Shown: positions 23,825-37,300 of the stretch, piece by piece
How the letters are laid out: the number at the start of each line of letters is the position of its first letter
How positions within the stretch are numbered: position 1 is the stretch's first letter
Assembly: GCF_001447785.1 (NCBI RefSeq)
Contig: NW_015172008.1
Coordinates: 124,001 to 188,000 of the forward strand
DNA length: 64,000 nucleotides
DNA from: Gekko japonicus
Taxonomy: Eukaryota
Direction: 5' to 3'
Notes under the pieces: generated by a model
What the model was told of the DNA's origin: nothing
The model's input: only the letters and a program-made list of their open reading frames with translations
The model's database searches: none
Program-made: the position numbers and the translations under genes

Positions 23825-25110
23825 TATAAAAACAGTTTTATTAGTTTAAGCACAGAAAAAGGGAAAGGGGAAAGAAGGGGAAAGAAAAGATACAGAAATA
23901 TATATATATAAAATCCAATTTAACATTCTGCATGCAAAGTTTCTTAGATCTTCACAGCCACTATATCCATCATTCTTATTATTCTTCATTTGCTCTTATA
24001 TTCTCAGTACTTAAGTTTTAGCCAGTCATAAAACACCCTCCATGGTCCCATAAATTCTTCTTCCATTCCTCCTTTTAATGTATTTGTCAATCTGTCCATT
24101 TCAGCACATTCCATAATCTTCATTATTAACTCATACAGCATTGGGATCTTCAATGTCCTCCATGTCATTGCAATTAGAATTATGGCTGCTGTTATAACAT
24201 GTAAAATAAAGTTCTTATCTAAGTCGTCTGGTAAACAGTTTAACAGAAATATTTCTGGCTTAAAAGGTATTCAATACTGACTGTAAGAAAGTATGTACTC
24301 CAATCCAGTATTTATGAACCTTTTTACATGTCCACCACATATGATAGTATGATCCAACATGATTGTTACATTTCGAACACCTGTTACTTAAGTTTTTATA
24401 AAAGTGGTTTTTGAGTTAGATAAAAAAGGTGTGCGCCAAGTCCCATTCTTTCAGCTACACTTNNNNNNNNNNNNNNNNNNNNNNNNNNNNNNNNNNNNNN
24501 NNNNNNNNNNNNNNNNNNNNNNNNNNNNNNNNNNNNNNNNNNNNNNNNNNNNNNNNNNNNNNNNNNNNNNNNNNNNNNNNNNNNNNNNNNNNNNNNNNNN
24601 NNNNNNNNNNNNNNNNNNNNNNNNNNNNNNNNNNNNNNNNNNNNNNNNNNNNNNNNNNNNNNNNNNNNNNNNNNNNNNNNNNNNNNNNNNNNNNNNNNNN
24701 NNNNNNNNNNNNNNNNNNNNNNNNNNNNNNNNNNNNNNNNNNNNNNNNNNNNNNNNNNNNNNNNNNNNNNNNNNNNNNNNNNNNNNNNNNNNNNNNNNNN
24801 NNNNNNNNNNNNNNNNNNNNNNNNNNNNNNNNNNNNNNNNNNNNNNNNNNNNNNNNNNNNNNNNNNNNNNNNNNNNNNNNNNNNNNNNNNNNNNNNNNNN
24901 NNNNNNNNNNNNNNNNNNNNNNNNNNNNNNNNNNNNNNNNNNNNNNNNNNNNNNNNNNNNNNNNNNNNNNNNNNNNNTCCAAGACAAACAACTCTCTCAC
25001 AGTAAAGAACTAAGTCTCTTAGAATTCAAGCTTTAAGTATATTCTGTTGCCTGTTCAAGATATTCTAATTTTCTTATAAAGAACTACAGTTTAAAGAACT
25101 CACCACCCCC
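23825..25110 (-). mobile_element. L1-clade LINE 3' portion, spanning an assembly gap
   Basis: Minus strand has CATATGTGGTGGACATGT (HMWWTC knuckle) and a KPEIFLL..ITAAIILIA-like segment. A-rich sense strand. Confidence 0.7.
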
Positions 25111-25263
25111 TGCCCTATTCCTGTTACAACTGTGCCTGTTCAATAAAATCAACCTTTTTGTTTCGACTTTACTTCATGTCAAGTGCCATTTTTAAAGGTT
25201 TTTTTTAAAAAAGGGCTCCTGCTGAGTTACAATAAAATCTCTGGCCTGAGAAAAAGCCAAATA

Positions 25264-28200
25264 ACTTCTTTAACACTGGGTGGGACACAAAGAATGTTAT
25301 AAGTTTATAATTTAAACATGCTACTAAGAGGCTGCTCAGTCAGAGTGGTGAACAGTGTTTTTGTGGGAAAACCTGCCTCACAGAGCAGAAGGAGCAGGGG
25401 TCCGTCATACCCACCAAGGGGGTAGGCTACAGCCCTAGGGTTGCCAACTCTGGATTGGGAAATGCCTGGAGATTTAGGGGTGGAGCCTGGGGAAGGTAGG
25501 ATTTGGGGAGAGGAGGGACTTCAGCTTCCAATCAGCCATTTTCTCCAGGGGAACTGATCTCTGTTGGTTGGAGGCTAGTTGTGATCTACAGCCACCACCT
25601 GGAGGTTGGCAACTCTGTATGACCTATTTGCCAGTGCTAAAAAGCTCATCATGGCAAGCAAGTCACCAGTCTTCCCAAAATGCTTTGTAAGTAAAATTAA
25701 GATTTATTGTATGCAAGAGGAAAGTCTACTTGTCTGAGGTAAAGAGAATGGACTTGTTTACACAATTGAAGTTGGGGGCATTCTTCCAAACCCAACACAA
25801 CCAGTGTTTGTGTCAGTGCAAACCTAACAGGACTAAGGTCAAGCCAGATCTCTGCAGTAGAAACTGGATGCCCAGCAGAACCCAGTGCCACTGGTATTGC
25901 AAGCTTTAAAAGACTGATCTCAAAGCACAGAGCCACAGCAAATCCAAACAAGGGTGCAAGCTCTGTGCAAGAAATGGGGAGGGAATACAAAGGAAGGTGG
26001 CAAAGGGAAGAAAACTATTGAAACTGACAAGACTGGTTTGACACTGACAAGAGTGGCTGCAGTAACACACACTAAATAATCCACTTTCAATCCACTTTCC
26101 AACTGCATTTTGCCAGTTCACACAGTAAAATCCAGTTGGCAAGTGCACTGAAAATGTATTGAAAGTGTATTTTAGGGTGTGTGTGACCACAGGCAGTATT
26201 TCCAAGGCTGGAGTATCCCCCCCCCCGGTTGCTTTGAAGTTTGGTAAAGATGTGGTTTTGAGCCAAGGCAGTATGCCTGGAAATGTATCCAGTTACCAAG
26301 GGGCACAAACCTCCATGAACTGCTTGAAAGTTTGTGAAAAGTTCATGCTGGATGACCTGCCATGAACTTCACTTTGTGACCTACAACCCAGCCAACTTCA
26401 TCATGAACTTTAGTTCATGAGCTGGTTCATGCCCATCCCTAAAATTCACATACCACTGAAATTTTCTTCAAATCTTGAACTGGTGAACCAGTTGAGAAAT
26501 CGGTCAAAACCTACATAAAGACCGGTAATATCGTGCCAAACAGGTGCAAGAAATCAAGTAAAGCGCACATATTAACTCGATCAAAGACATCAAAGATTCA
26601 TATACGGGAGTTGCCAATCAAAACTCATTAACGGTGTAAAAGCCTGACTGAAACTCACCAAGTTGGCTAATAGTGGAGTGTTATATGTACCTTGTCATGT
26701 TTCTTGTCTTGTCAGTTTCAAGAGGTTTACAGGAGTAGTTGTATGTATCTGTATTCACAGTGTTTTATGTAACAATCTTCACACACTTCTTTAACACTGG
26801 GTGGGACACAAAGAATGTTATAAGTTTATAATTTAAACATGCTACTAAGAGGCTGCTCAGTCAGAGTGGTGAACAGTGTTTTTGTGGGAAAACCTGCCTC
26901 ACAGAGCAGAAGGAGCAGGGGTCCGTCATACCCACCAAGGGGGTAGGCTACAGCCCTAGGGTTGCCAACTCTGGATTGGGAAATGCCTGGAGATTTAGGG
27001 GTGGAGCCTGGGGAAGGTGGGATTTGGGGAGAGGAGGGACTTCAGCTTCCAAATCAGCCATTTTCTCCAGGGGAACTGATCTCTGTTGGTTGGAGGCTAG
27101 TTGTGATCTACAGCCACCACCTGGAGGTTGGCAACTCTGTATGACCTATTTGCCAGTGCTAAAAAGCTCATCATGGCAAGCAAGTCACCAGTCTTCCCAA
27201 AATGCTTTGTAAGTAAAATTAAGATTTATTGTATGCAAGAGGAAAGTCTACTCGTCTGAGGTAAAGAAAATGGACTCGTTTACACAACTGAAGTGGGGGG
27301 CATTCTTCCAAACCCAACACAACCAGTGTCTGTGTCAGTGGAAACCTAACAGGACTAAGGTCAAGCTAGAGAATCTCTGCAGTAGAAACTGGATGCCCAG
27401 CAGAACCCAGTGCCACTGGCATTGCAAGCTTAAAGACTGATCTCAAAGCACAGAGCCACAGCAAATCCAAACAAGGGTGCAAGCTCTGTGTAAGAAATGG
27501 GGAGGGAATACAAAAGAAGGTGGCAAAGGGGAAAAAAACTATTGAAACTGACAAGTGGTTTGAAACTGACAAGAGTGGCTGCAGTAACACACACTAAATA
27601 ATCCACTTTCAATTCACTTTCCAACTGCATTTTGCCAGTTCACACAGTAAAATCCAGTTGGAAAGTGCACTGAAAATGTATTGAAAGTGTATTTTAGGCA
27701 GTATTTCCAAGGCTGGAGTACAAGGCTGGAGTATCCCCCCCCCCGGTTGCTTTGAAGTTTGGTAAAGAAGTGGTTTTGAGCCAAGGCAGTATGCCTGGAA
27801 ATGTATCCAGTTACCAAGGGGCACAAACCTCCATGAACTGCTTGAAAGTTTGTGAAAAGTTCATGCTGGATGACCTGCCATGAACTTCACTTTGTGACCT
27901 ACAACCCAGCCAACTTCATCATGAACTTTAGTTCATGAGCTGGTTCATGCCCATCCCTAAAATTCACACACCACTGAAATTAACGCATCGGAGATGGATG
28001 GTGTCCATATCTGGATATGCATAAATGAATCCCTGCTTTCAGTGGAATGCTCATCCCATTGCTGCTCATCATCAGTTCCTCATGTACATTCTGGCCCAGC
28101 ATGTATGACTAGAATTGGATCAATGCTTTTACTGTGTTGTGCTATTGGGCAATGTAACCATCAGCAGAGCAAGACAGGGAATAGCACTTTGGTATCCTGA

Positions 28201-29280
28201 GCTAGTGGCATATGTTCCCTTGGCTCCACCATCCTTTCAGAATGAAGGCAATGACAGGGCTTTGTTTTCCCTTGACAACATCTTCATGTAACCAAATCTG
28301 ATCAGTTGTATGTTGCTATGGCATTGTTACATTAATTATGTGATCCCTAGTACACTGCACTGAAGAACAGTTTGAGGAAGCAATATAGATCTACAAAAGA
28401 CATGAAAGAATGGAAGGTAGAGACTTTTGAATGGATCATTTTATTCTTCTCTTTCCTCCACCCTGAAACCTGAAAATACATAGAAAGAGGTTACGTTGAA
28501 CTAAGAGGTAGTTTACTTCTCGGCAAGTTTAAGACTAGGCTCTAAAACTGGGTTTTGGGTTTTTTTGCAATTCCTTTGATGTAATTGCCTGCAGGCGTGC
28601 TTTGAAAGGAGCTATGGCCCATTTAATATTTTTTCATTTGCTTTTCTCTGTAAGCCTAGAAATAGATCAGCTCTGTAAGTTAGTTTGACTGTAAACTGCT
28701 CTGCTGTCCTGAGTTGGTGGTTTCTGCTGCAATGTTATAAGAATACCACGAATACAGGTACATATAACTACTCTTGTAAATTGATTCTAAATAATGTTTC
28801 CAGTAAATGTATATGGATAGAATAAACAAACTTGTTGTTAAACCACATAACTGTGTTATAGTCTTGTATTTCCAAGAATAACAAACACTAATAGTAAAGT
28901 CCCAAAAATCAACCATATCTCAATAGAAGACAATGGGTATCCATTTCAATCTTAAATTTTCTTCAAATCTTGAGCTGGTGAACTAATTGAGAAATCGGTC
29001 AAAACCTACATAAAGACCGGTAATATCGTGCCAAACAGGTGCAAGAAATCAAGTAAAGCGCACATATTAACTCGATCAAAGACATCAAAGATTCATATAC
29101 GGGAGTTGCCAATCAAAACTCATTAACGGTGTAAAAGCCTGACTGAAACTCACCAAGTTGGCTAATGGTGGAGTGGTTATATGTACCTTGTCATGTTTCT
29201 TGTCTTGTCAGTTTCAAGAGGATTACAAGAGTAGTTGTATGTATCTGTATTCACAGTGTTTTATGTAACAATCTTCACAC
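25264..29280 (+). repeat. Local duplication A-B-A'-C-B'
   Basis: A 25264-26463 matches A' 26785-27981. B 26459-26784 matches B' 28954-29280. Both pairs are high identity. Confidence 0.93.
25437..25617. mobile_element. hAT-like MITE (TAGGGTTGCC TIR), duplicated at about 26957-27139
   Basis: TAGGGTTGCCAACTC ... GAGGTTGGCAACTCTG. Confidence 0.75.
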
Positions 29281-30329
29281 CAGGGTCCATTTTTGGTTTT
29301 GATGTTGTAAGAAACCCAATATTTCAACCAGTGCAAAGCCTTCTTGGGTATTCTCTAGCTCAATTCATATGAAACGGTCAGTAAAAAAATCTTTGTTTTA
29401 ATGACAGTTCTCAGATCTGTAGGCTGCAATCCTAAAGACGCCACTGAATAACCTGGGACTCACTTCTGAGTAGAACTGACTAGGATTGTTCCTTTACCTG
29501 GTGGTTATTATTATTTTTTAAATCAATCTATTCTTTTATTTTGGCAGTTTTAGATGAGAAAGCTGGGTATAAATATTATAAATAAATTAACCTTAAATAA
29601 ATAAATACACCTTAAAGACTAACAGTTTTATGATGGTGTGCCATTCCATTTTATCATCTGGGCTCTAGTCCACAAAACTGTATGCCATTGTAAATTTTAA
29701 TCTTTAAGGTTCAACATGACTGTGTAGCTTCCCATTGGTCTCTACCTCAGAACATTTATTTTAGCTGACAGTGGCTCTCTGTCTTCTGCTACTTTTAATT
29801 CATGATGTCAGAATTTGAATCTGTGATCCTCTGCACACAAAGTCGTCTACTGTAGCACTACAGATCCACTAGTTTTATTATTAACATGCTTATCCCTCTG
29901 AAATTCATGTCCAGAAGTAAACATTCTAGCAACTGGACTTAGTTAACAACCTGATTTGACTTGGTGAGCATTTTGGATTTAAATAGATGGCTCAAAGAGA
30001 TGCAGATGTTTGATTTGCATGCCCTCATTTCAACAGGACTAATTTTAATATTCATTGCACCTTAAAGAAGTAAATTATGTGCATTATTAAAATCTTCCTC
30101 CTGTGCCCTAATGAATAATTGTCAAAGGCTTGAATTGACTTTTTAAAAAATCCAGAATCTGTGTCAGCATTAAATTAGCCATGCACTTGAAGTCCGGATT
30201 GGGAAACAACTGAGATTTCATGAGCATAGTTTGGAGGGTCAAATTTCAACTTTGTTTGGCACCGCTCTTATCTGGTGTTTGGAATGAATGATTCTTATAA
30301 CATAAACTGATTTATGTCTCATCTTATAA

Positions 30330-31688
30330 GGGAATTTCAGACAGCTGATATGTTCCATTTCAGGAACTGTTCACTAACGGTTTTGGTCCATCATTTCAGA
30401 CAGAACTGTTTTAGTAACGATGGTCCGTCATTTCAGACAGAACTGTTTTAGTAATGGTTCCCTGGTGGAATATATTTCCCCTTTAGGGACAGAAACGTTT
30501 CCGTCCCATTCGGGAAGCGTTCCTGAGCCATTTTTACCTCAAACTGCTTCCAAGCACTCTTCAATTTCTTCTACCGATCCTGAAGCACTACGGGGTGCTG
30601 TGTAAAATGCCCCGTAGTGCTTCCTCCAGTGACAAGGTTTTCGCGCCCTTTTTTGTTTGCGCGGGCGATCTCCGTCTTTTTGTTAACATTCTTTTGAGAG
30701 TGCTATGGCGCTGTAGCACAACCCCAAAGCAGCGCAATAGCAACCCCATTGGGATGCCTGGACCATTGAGATACATGAGATCACTACATCTGGGGAGAAC
30801 AGTGATTTCAATGGAGTACAATGCCATGGAGTCCTCCTTCCACAGCATTCACTTTATGCCTGGGAACTGATATCTGTAGGCAGGAGATAAGCTGTAGCTG
30901 TACAATGCTCCCTATAAGCTGTGGAGTCCTGTGAGCAAAAATTCCACTTTGTGAGCTACTGGCATTAAAGTTGTGAGCGAGTGATTTGGCNNNNNNNNNN
31001 NNNNNNNNNNNNNNNNNNNNNNNNNNNNNNNNNNNNNNNNNNNNNNNNNNNNNNNNNNNNNNNNNNNNNNNNNNNNNNNNNNNNNNNNNNNNNNNNNNNN
31101 NNNNNNNNNNNNNNNNNNNNNNNNNNNNNNNNNNNNNNNNNNNNNNNNNNNNNNNNNNNNNNNNNNNNNNNNNNNNNNNNNNNNNNNNNGTGCCTGAAGG
31201 AGAAAAGTTAAAGGAAGAGATTTTTAAATTCCAGGCAGCCTGAAAGAGAGTGCAGTCATGGCGAGGGAAGGGGGGGGGAACAGGACAGTTTTCAAACCCA
31301 GACAGCATCCATTCCTCCCTTCCTAACATTCCAGAAATCAAATCCAGAAGTGTGTGCATGTGCGTGCCTGAGCTTCCACTTGTTTCCAGGTGGCAGATGT
31401 AGTGATCTCATGTCTCTCAGTGGTCCAGGCACCACAATGGGCTCACTATTGCACTGTTTTGGGGTTGTGTTACAGTGCCATAGGGCTCTTAAAAGAACGT
31501 TTAAAAAAAAGATGGAGATCGCCCGCATGGGCAAAAAAGGGCGGGAAAACAAAGCAGTGCAGTCCGAAATGACAAACCGCTTCAGAGACGGCTCCATACC
31601 GGTAGGGGCATGGCTGTGTGAAATGGCAATCCCTGTACTGGTTTATTCCAAGATGGTACAATAATGGTTTTAAAAGGGTGAAATCCCC
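30330..31688. mobile_element. Non-autonomous DNA transposon (Harbinger-like) with long internal inverted repeats
   Basis: Left end TAA|GGGAATTTCAGAC, right end GTGAAATCCCC. About 155-bp inverted arms at 30637-30791 and 31395-31550. A nested hAT MITE starts at 30903. Confidence 0.65.
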
Positions 31689-32059
31689 CACACTGTTGAA
31701 ATAATACTAGGGAGAAAATGGTAGAAATGTGAAGGGAAATGCAACTACAAGACAGAATGCAGGTGGGTGACTATCAACCACAACATCTCCCTTGTTTATT
31801 GAACACATGAAACTGCTGCTTGAATGCAGGTTCTTTGCAAATATAAGGGATCACTATATTAAGCCTTTAATCAAACAACCATCCCCCTACACTCTGGAAA
31901 CCTGGCTTGTTAGCTCAGTGATAAGGATTTTAAGTTTACTCTAGCAACTGCAAAATTTGCCCCAGTTCTTTTGGCCCTTGCATCAAAAAAATAAGAAGCA
32001 AGTATCTTCTACTGCCCAAGATCCGTGAACCGATGAGCTTCTAAGGGTATAAAAGGAAA

Positions 32060-32270
32060 GGAAACTGCCTTATACTCAGACTGTTGTTCTCTCAAGGTCA
32101 CTAGTCTTCTCTGACTGGTGGATGCTCAGGCAGAGGTCTTCCACATTAACACCCAGCTGTGACTACTACTTGACTTAACTACTTAACTACTACTTGACTT
32201 AAAACAAACAAACACAGGGGTTGCTAGGGATTGAACCTGGGACATTCTCCATACAAAGCATATGCCCTAC
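32060..32270 (-). mobile_element. tRNA-derived SINE with CR1-type tail (Squam2-like)
   Basis: GGATTGAACCTGGGAC is a reverse B box. Homologous to 47455-47665. Confidence 0.65.
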
Positions 32271-32392
32271 CAGTAAGAAACAGGTGGGGTGCTTTGGGTC
32301 CAGTCTGCAAAAATCATATTTCCCTCCGGCATCATTCATGAAGGGCCCTGCTTTTTCTCCTTTCCAGAAACAGTATTCATTAGACCCTAGGA

Positions 32393-32765
32393 TAGGGATG
32401 CCAGACCCGCAGGGGACCCGCGGTTTTGGGTGTTGCTCTCCACTCCCCATTACCCCCCCCAAAAAAACAGGTAAAAAGCTGGAAATAAATGTAATGTGCC
32501 TACGTGACCCAGAAGTGATATAGGCATGTTGGTGCCATCAGGGGTGTGCGCGCATATGAGATGCTCTGGTTTTGGGGCAAAACTCTAAATTAGAAGCTAA
32601 TTCTACCATAGAGTTTTGCCCCAAAACCAGAGCGATATCCCTGACATGCCTACATCACTTCTGGGTCACATAGGCACATCACGTTTATTTTCAGCGTTCC
32701 TCCCCACTCCTGGTAAATTTACCCCCCATCCCCTGCCAGCAGGTCCAAGGGACCAGGCAACCCTA
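32393..32765. mobile_element. hAT-like MITE with internal palindrome
   Basis: TIRs TAGGGATGCC / GGCAACCCTA; 8-bp TSD CCCTAGGA/CCCTAGCA. Internal inverted repeat GCTCTGGTTTTGGGGCAAAACTCTA / TAGAGTTTTGCCCCAAAACCAGAGC. Confidence 0.85.
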
Positions 32766-34040
32766 CCCTAGCATGAAATTGATGGGGGGGGGGGGGGGGG
32801 GCCTCAGCAGTAAAGCATCTGCTCTGCATGCAGAAGGTCCCAGATTCAATCCCAGATAATCCAGAATAGGGGTTGTATTCTCCATGCCATCTCTGGCTCT
32901 AATATATTGGGGGTTTGGGAGGGGAGGTTTTTTCCCCCTCTTTCAATATTCAACCATTGCCAGAACAGTTTGCAGGAGTCAATTCAAATCTTTCAAACAT
33001 AATGTAGGAGCAGCACTTTATGAGTACAGATTGTGTTCTCTAGGGAATTGCCTTCTGGTCTGAAATTCCTCTAATTCTACAAAGCACCTTAAAATGTCAG
33101 AGTTGCCTGTTCAGAAAAGATGAATATCCTAGACAGGACCTCAAACATCCCACCAGTTTTGCAGCTCTTCTGTTCTGATATCAATCTTACTCATCTATGT
33201 CTGGGCAAACAAAAGAGAAGTAGTGAGTGAACTCTGGGAAGTGCAGAAAAAGGAGGGGGGAAATCCCCTTCTTGGGGAGGTAGGAGTAGACCACAATTTT
33301 TTCCTTTCATGTAGCTATCGTTCAAGTAGTTCGCCCGTCCTTCAGGTTTGGGCGTGATTGTGAGATCATTTACAAAATGGGATGTGCACTGCCTGTTCTT
33401 TTGTAGGCCTTTTCTTCTTGAAATGTCATGGCACTGAATTATTATGTGTAATAGAAAGAAAATGTGATCATGCCACATTGGCCTATGAAAAGGATGAATT
33501 TGCTTTTGGGGGGGGGAGGTTTAAATTTCTGTCTCGCCATTATGTTTTCCAAGAGCAGGGTAACCTGAAGTCTGATAAATCTCTTTTATTGTGTTGCCTG
33601 GAAATGTACATCAGCTCTCATTCAGAGTCAAATCCATTATAACATGCTTTTTTCTGATTGTATGCTTTTCTTTCCCTTGTAATGAATCAAGTTTTAAATA
33701 ACCCAGAGTACAGGATTGGCTATTTTTTTTTGCAAATATAGACATTAAAATGAATAAGTATGCTTTATAGAGATTGTTTTAATCTGATGTCCCAATTGCA
33801 GCTGTCTTTGAGCAAGGAAAGATGTCTATTCTCCAACCAAGACACATTTTCCAAAGCATTCCTCTGGGACATAAGAAAAAGGCTCCAACAGATGAGGGGA
33901 CCAACAACACACTCTTGGAAAGATTCAATAAATCAATTTTGTTTCCTCTATCTAGTATATATTTATCTAATCTTCTCGCCAAACAGCTCATGGTGGCATA
34001 CATCAGTCTACCTTCTATCCTCACAACAGCCCTGTGAGGT

Positions 34041-34440
34041 TAAGGTTTCCAGGTCCTGGCAACCAGCAGGGGGCCAGAGAGACTTATCAGGAGAGAGAGG
34101 CCCAGGTGACAAGGAGACATCACTTTTGGTGTGCACAGGAGGTGATGTCATCAAGCTCTGAAGTCTTGGTGATGCTCTGGTATTTGGGCAAAATCTCTAT
34201 GGTTAAATATGGCTTCTACCACAGAATTTTGCCCAAATACCAGAGCACCACCTGAACATCACCTGTGTGATGATGTCCCTTCCTGTGCATACCAGAAGTG
34301 ATGTCACTGCATGACAGGTGGTGTTGCCTGGGCCTCTCTCTCCTGGAAAGTCCCCCTGCCAGACAGCTGATTGGTCGTGGCTGGGGGGGGTGTCCTGCAG
34401 TGGGGGACCCCCACCTCCACTGGAGCAGCTGGCAACCCTA
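34041..34440. mobile_element. hAT-like MITE of the same family, nested in an old SINE (about 33960-34560, minus strand)
   Basis: TIRs TAAGGTTTCC / GGCAACCCTA; decayed TSD TGTGAGGT/CATGAAGT. SINE sequence resumes on both sides. Confidence 0.8.
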
Positions 34441-36689
34441 CATGAAGTGGATTGTGCTATTTTGTGACTGTCACAAGGTCACCCAGTGAGCTTCCTGGCA
34501 GAGTGGGAATTTGAACCTAGGTGTCTCTGACCTTAGTCTGACACTCTCACCACTACAGCAGGTAGGCTGTCATGGTACTGCCTTGAGGCAAGACATGTAA
34601 AAGAGAAGCCAAAATTATGATTCACAGAACAAATTAAAACTAAATGCTCAGCGGTGATGTGATCCCACTGTGTTAAATCTAAGTGTTTGTTTAAGGGGTT
34701 TCTTAAACCGGCCCAATGTATTTATGTTCTCCTGGAAGCTTTTAAGATAGATTGCTAGACCCAGCTAAAGACAAAACGAAATGTTTGCCCATTTCACAAA
34801 TATAGGCTGAGATCCAAAATAATATACTGGCTAGCTACATGTGACTCAGGAGAATTTAGAGATGCCTCTTGAACCTCAGTTTTACATACAAATATCAAAT
34901 CAGGATGTACAGTCAAATATTTACTAATCAAAATGTAACTTGAATCATAACTATTCAGACATACATTAAATGTTCTCAATCAACATTTGAGGCATTTGGG
35001 AGCAGTTTGAAACTTCCCAGCCTTACTGTTGTTCTAGTGCTTTACTGTCTGATTTCAGTTTTGGATCGAGTGCCTCTCTTGAAAGCCCTGACGTACATTC
35101 TACCCTCCTCCATCCATTTTCCCCAAAGCTTGCATTCTATCTTGGTTCAGCAATTTTTACTTTTACAGAGGATGTTTAAAATTCCACACTATGAGATGGA
35201 ATCCTTTGGCCCCTGCACTATGAATGCTGTTAAGACATGTGCATGCATGTTCTGTACTTAGAAACATTACCCATATTTTCATTTCCATCCATTCTACCTT
35301 TCCCCCTGTTATGCAGAGAATATTTGCCACCTTTTCTCTCATTCCCCGATGTTATAATTTCCCTTTTCTTTTCCCATCAATTTTGGACTTGCCTCCTCAT
35401 TTGCTTTTCCTGCTTCTCAAAGTTTTTTCCAGAGCTTTCATTGTTGTTTTTGTCCTCACGCAGAACCTCACTTGGGTCTACACAATACAAGGTGCTGGCA
35501 TGTTGAGCACTGCAGCAAAGGAGACATAATACAGGCTGCCCATCATACAGGTCAGGCCAGCATCATCGACAAAGCCTTTTCTCTCTGCAGCTCTAACAAC
35601 CCAGCTGTAGACTGTCCTGTGCAACTCCAGTGATTCCTCCAGTGATTTCGTGCCAGCTGTGATTTAGGGAAGGTTGCTCAGAGACTGACCTTGATCTCAG
35701 CAGCAACATCACCCATGGTATGGCTTGAAGAAGACTACACCATAAACTCTAGAATAAAATGCTTTAAATAAATAAATAAATAAAATATCAGAGGAAAATG
35801 TTCTGCTGAGCTAGTGCCTGGCATGTTTCACATCAAAAGTGGGATTTCAGCTGGTTTTTATTTCAGCAAGAAACTAGTATGAAAAAGAAGTCTCATCAGT
35901 GCAGCTTGCAGTCTCTCCTTCGGGATTATTTCATCCTGATTTCCCTCTACAACACCACATTTGGCTAGCAAGAAAATGATTGGCCCCAATCCAGTGTAGA
36001 ATTAGACATGCTGTTCTTCGAAACAACAACAACACAGAAATAGGATTATAGAAATTGGCATTGACCACATGTTCATATTTTGCTACATTTGGGGCCCATG
36101 TCTGGCATGGTGGTTGCTAAAGTGGTTTGTTTGGGTGAACTGCTTTCCACAACTACTGAGGGGAGCAGGAAATTACCTGCCAATGATGGTAGGCAGAGGT
36201 GCAGCCTTGGTTAGTGGAGTTGATACAGGCTGCCCATCATACAGGTCAGGCTACTGTCTTTCGAAGGGGGGTGTCCAGCCCGTGATGACGTGCTTCTGTG
36301 GTTCTGGCTGAAGTGCTCCTTCACTGCTGCCCCTGACACTTCTAGATGAGGGCAAGGATTTCTATTCTATAATGATTGCTTTTCCATCATGATCAGTCAC
36401 TTAGCTGCCATTTCTCAATCCTTGCAGAACCCAAAAGCCGATGAAACATCTGCTACCGCCAATGGCCTGCCTTGTTGTTTGGGGAATTAGCTAGGCAACA
36501 GGCAAAGCCAGAGGGGTACAAGGGACCTATACACCTGCTTATACCAAGGTACAGTAGGAAGATTTCATATCTGAAGAGTAAATTAAATAGTTTTTATTAA
36601 AGTATTCCCTGATTACAAGCACACTAACATTCAAAAAGAGCACGCAATACAGAACTAAGAAAGCAGAGGTGATTGATAGAAAACCGAAG

Positions 36690-37300
36690 GGTGATACAAC
36701 CTGTCCAGACATACAGGGGTCCATTGAGATGAAATTATGGCCCAAATCAAAGTCTGGGGGTGAACTGCCAGTTGGCATCAGGGGCAGACACACAAAATCT
36801 GAGGCCATGTGCTCTGACAGATATAGACATTGGAAAACAATGCAGACCAATGGGAGGCCTTGGGGGCTGGTCTCAGGTGAGAACAATAGATTTTCTAGAT
36901 CAGTAAGGAGTCCATGGAAGTGTGATACCAGGTGGAGCATAATTCAGGTGTGACCAATGGGATCCCAGAGGGGCAGAGTCTAGCTGCACAATAGCTTTGA
37001 TGGGACAACCAGTGGCATCTAAATCGATATTATGACCCTTGCTGGTCCAGTCTAGGTGAGTTGAATAGGTTCCCATATTTAAACAAAAGGTGTAAATGGG
37101 TCCCTGATTAGCATCAGGAAGGATCACTAAACATTTGAATGTATGATTAGTTTATCTCGGTGTCCTGAGGGATGGAGCAGGAAAGACAGGTGTTGAGACA
37201 AAGGATTCTTCACATAGGTATAGGAATGACAAAAAGGACTACGTGCAGAGTTGGAGACAGAAGGGCTATGTGCCAGGTGGCAACTGAATAGCTTTAGAAA
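36690..37300 (+). mobile_element. Highly decayed L1/Tx1-like ORF2 C-terminal remnant
   Basis: Broken frames give HLNRYYDP..FPYLNKRCKW..GSL and RQRILHIGIGMTKRTTCR, resembling the knuckle region of L1-clade ORF2. Confidence 0.35.

Noticed and set aside
24404-25036. Long X-containing ORFs (also near 31.0, 54.0, 55.0 and 60.2-61.3 kb)
   Set aside because: Artefacts of N gaps.
28700-29400. Possible Penelope-type terminal repeat with a hammerhead near 29310-29360
   Set aside because: The core is too degenerate (no CTGANGA) to support a call.
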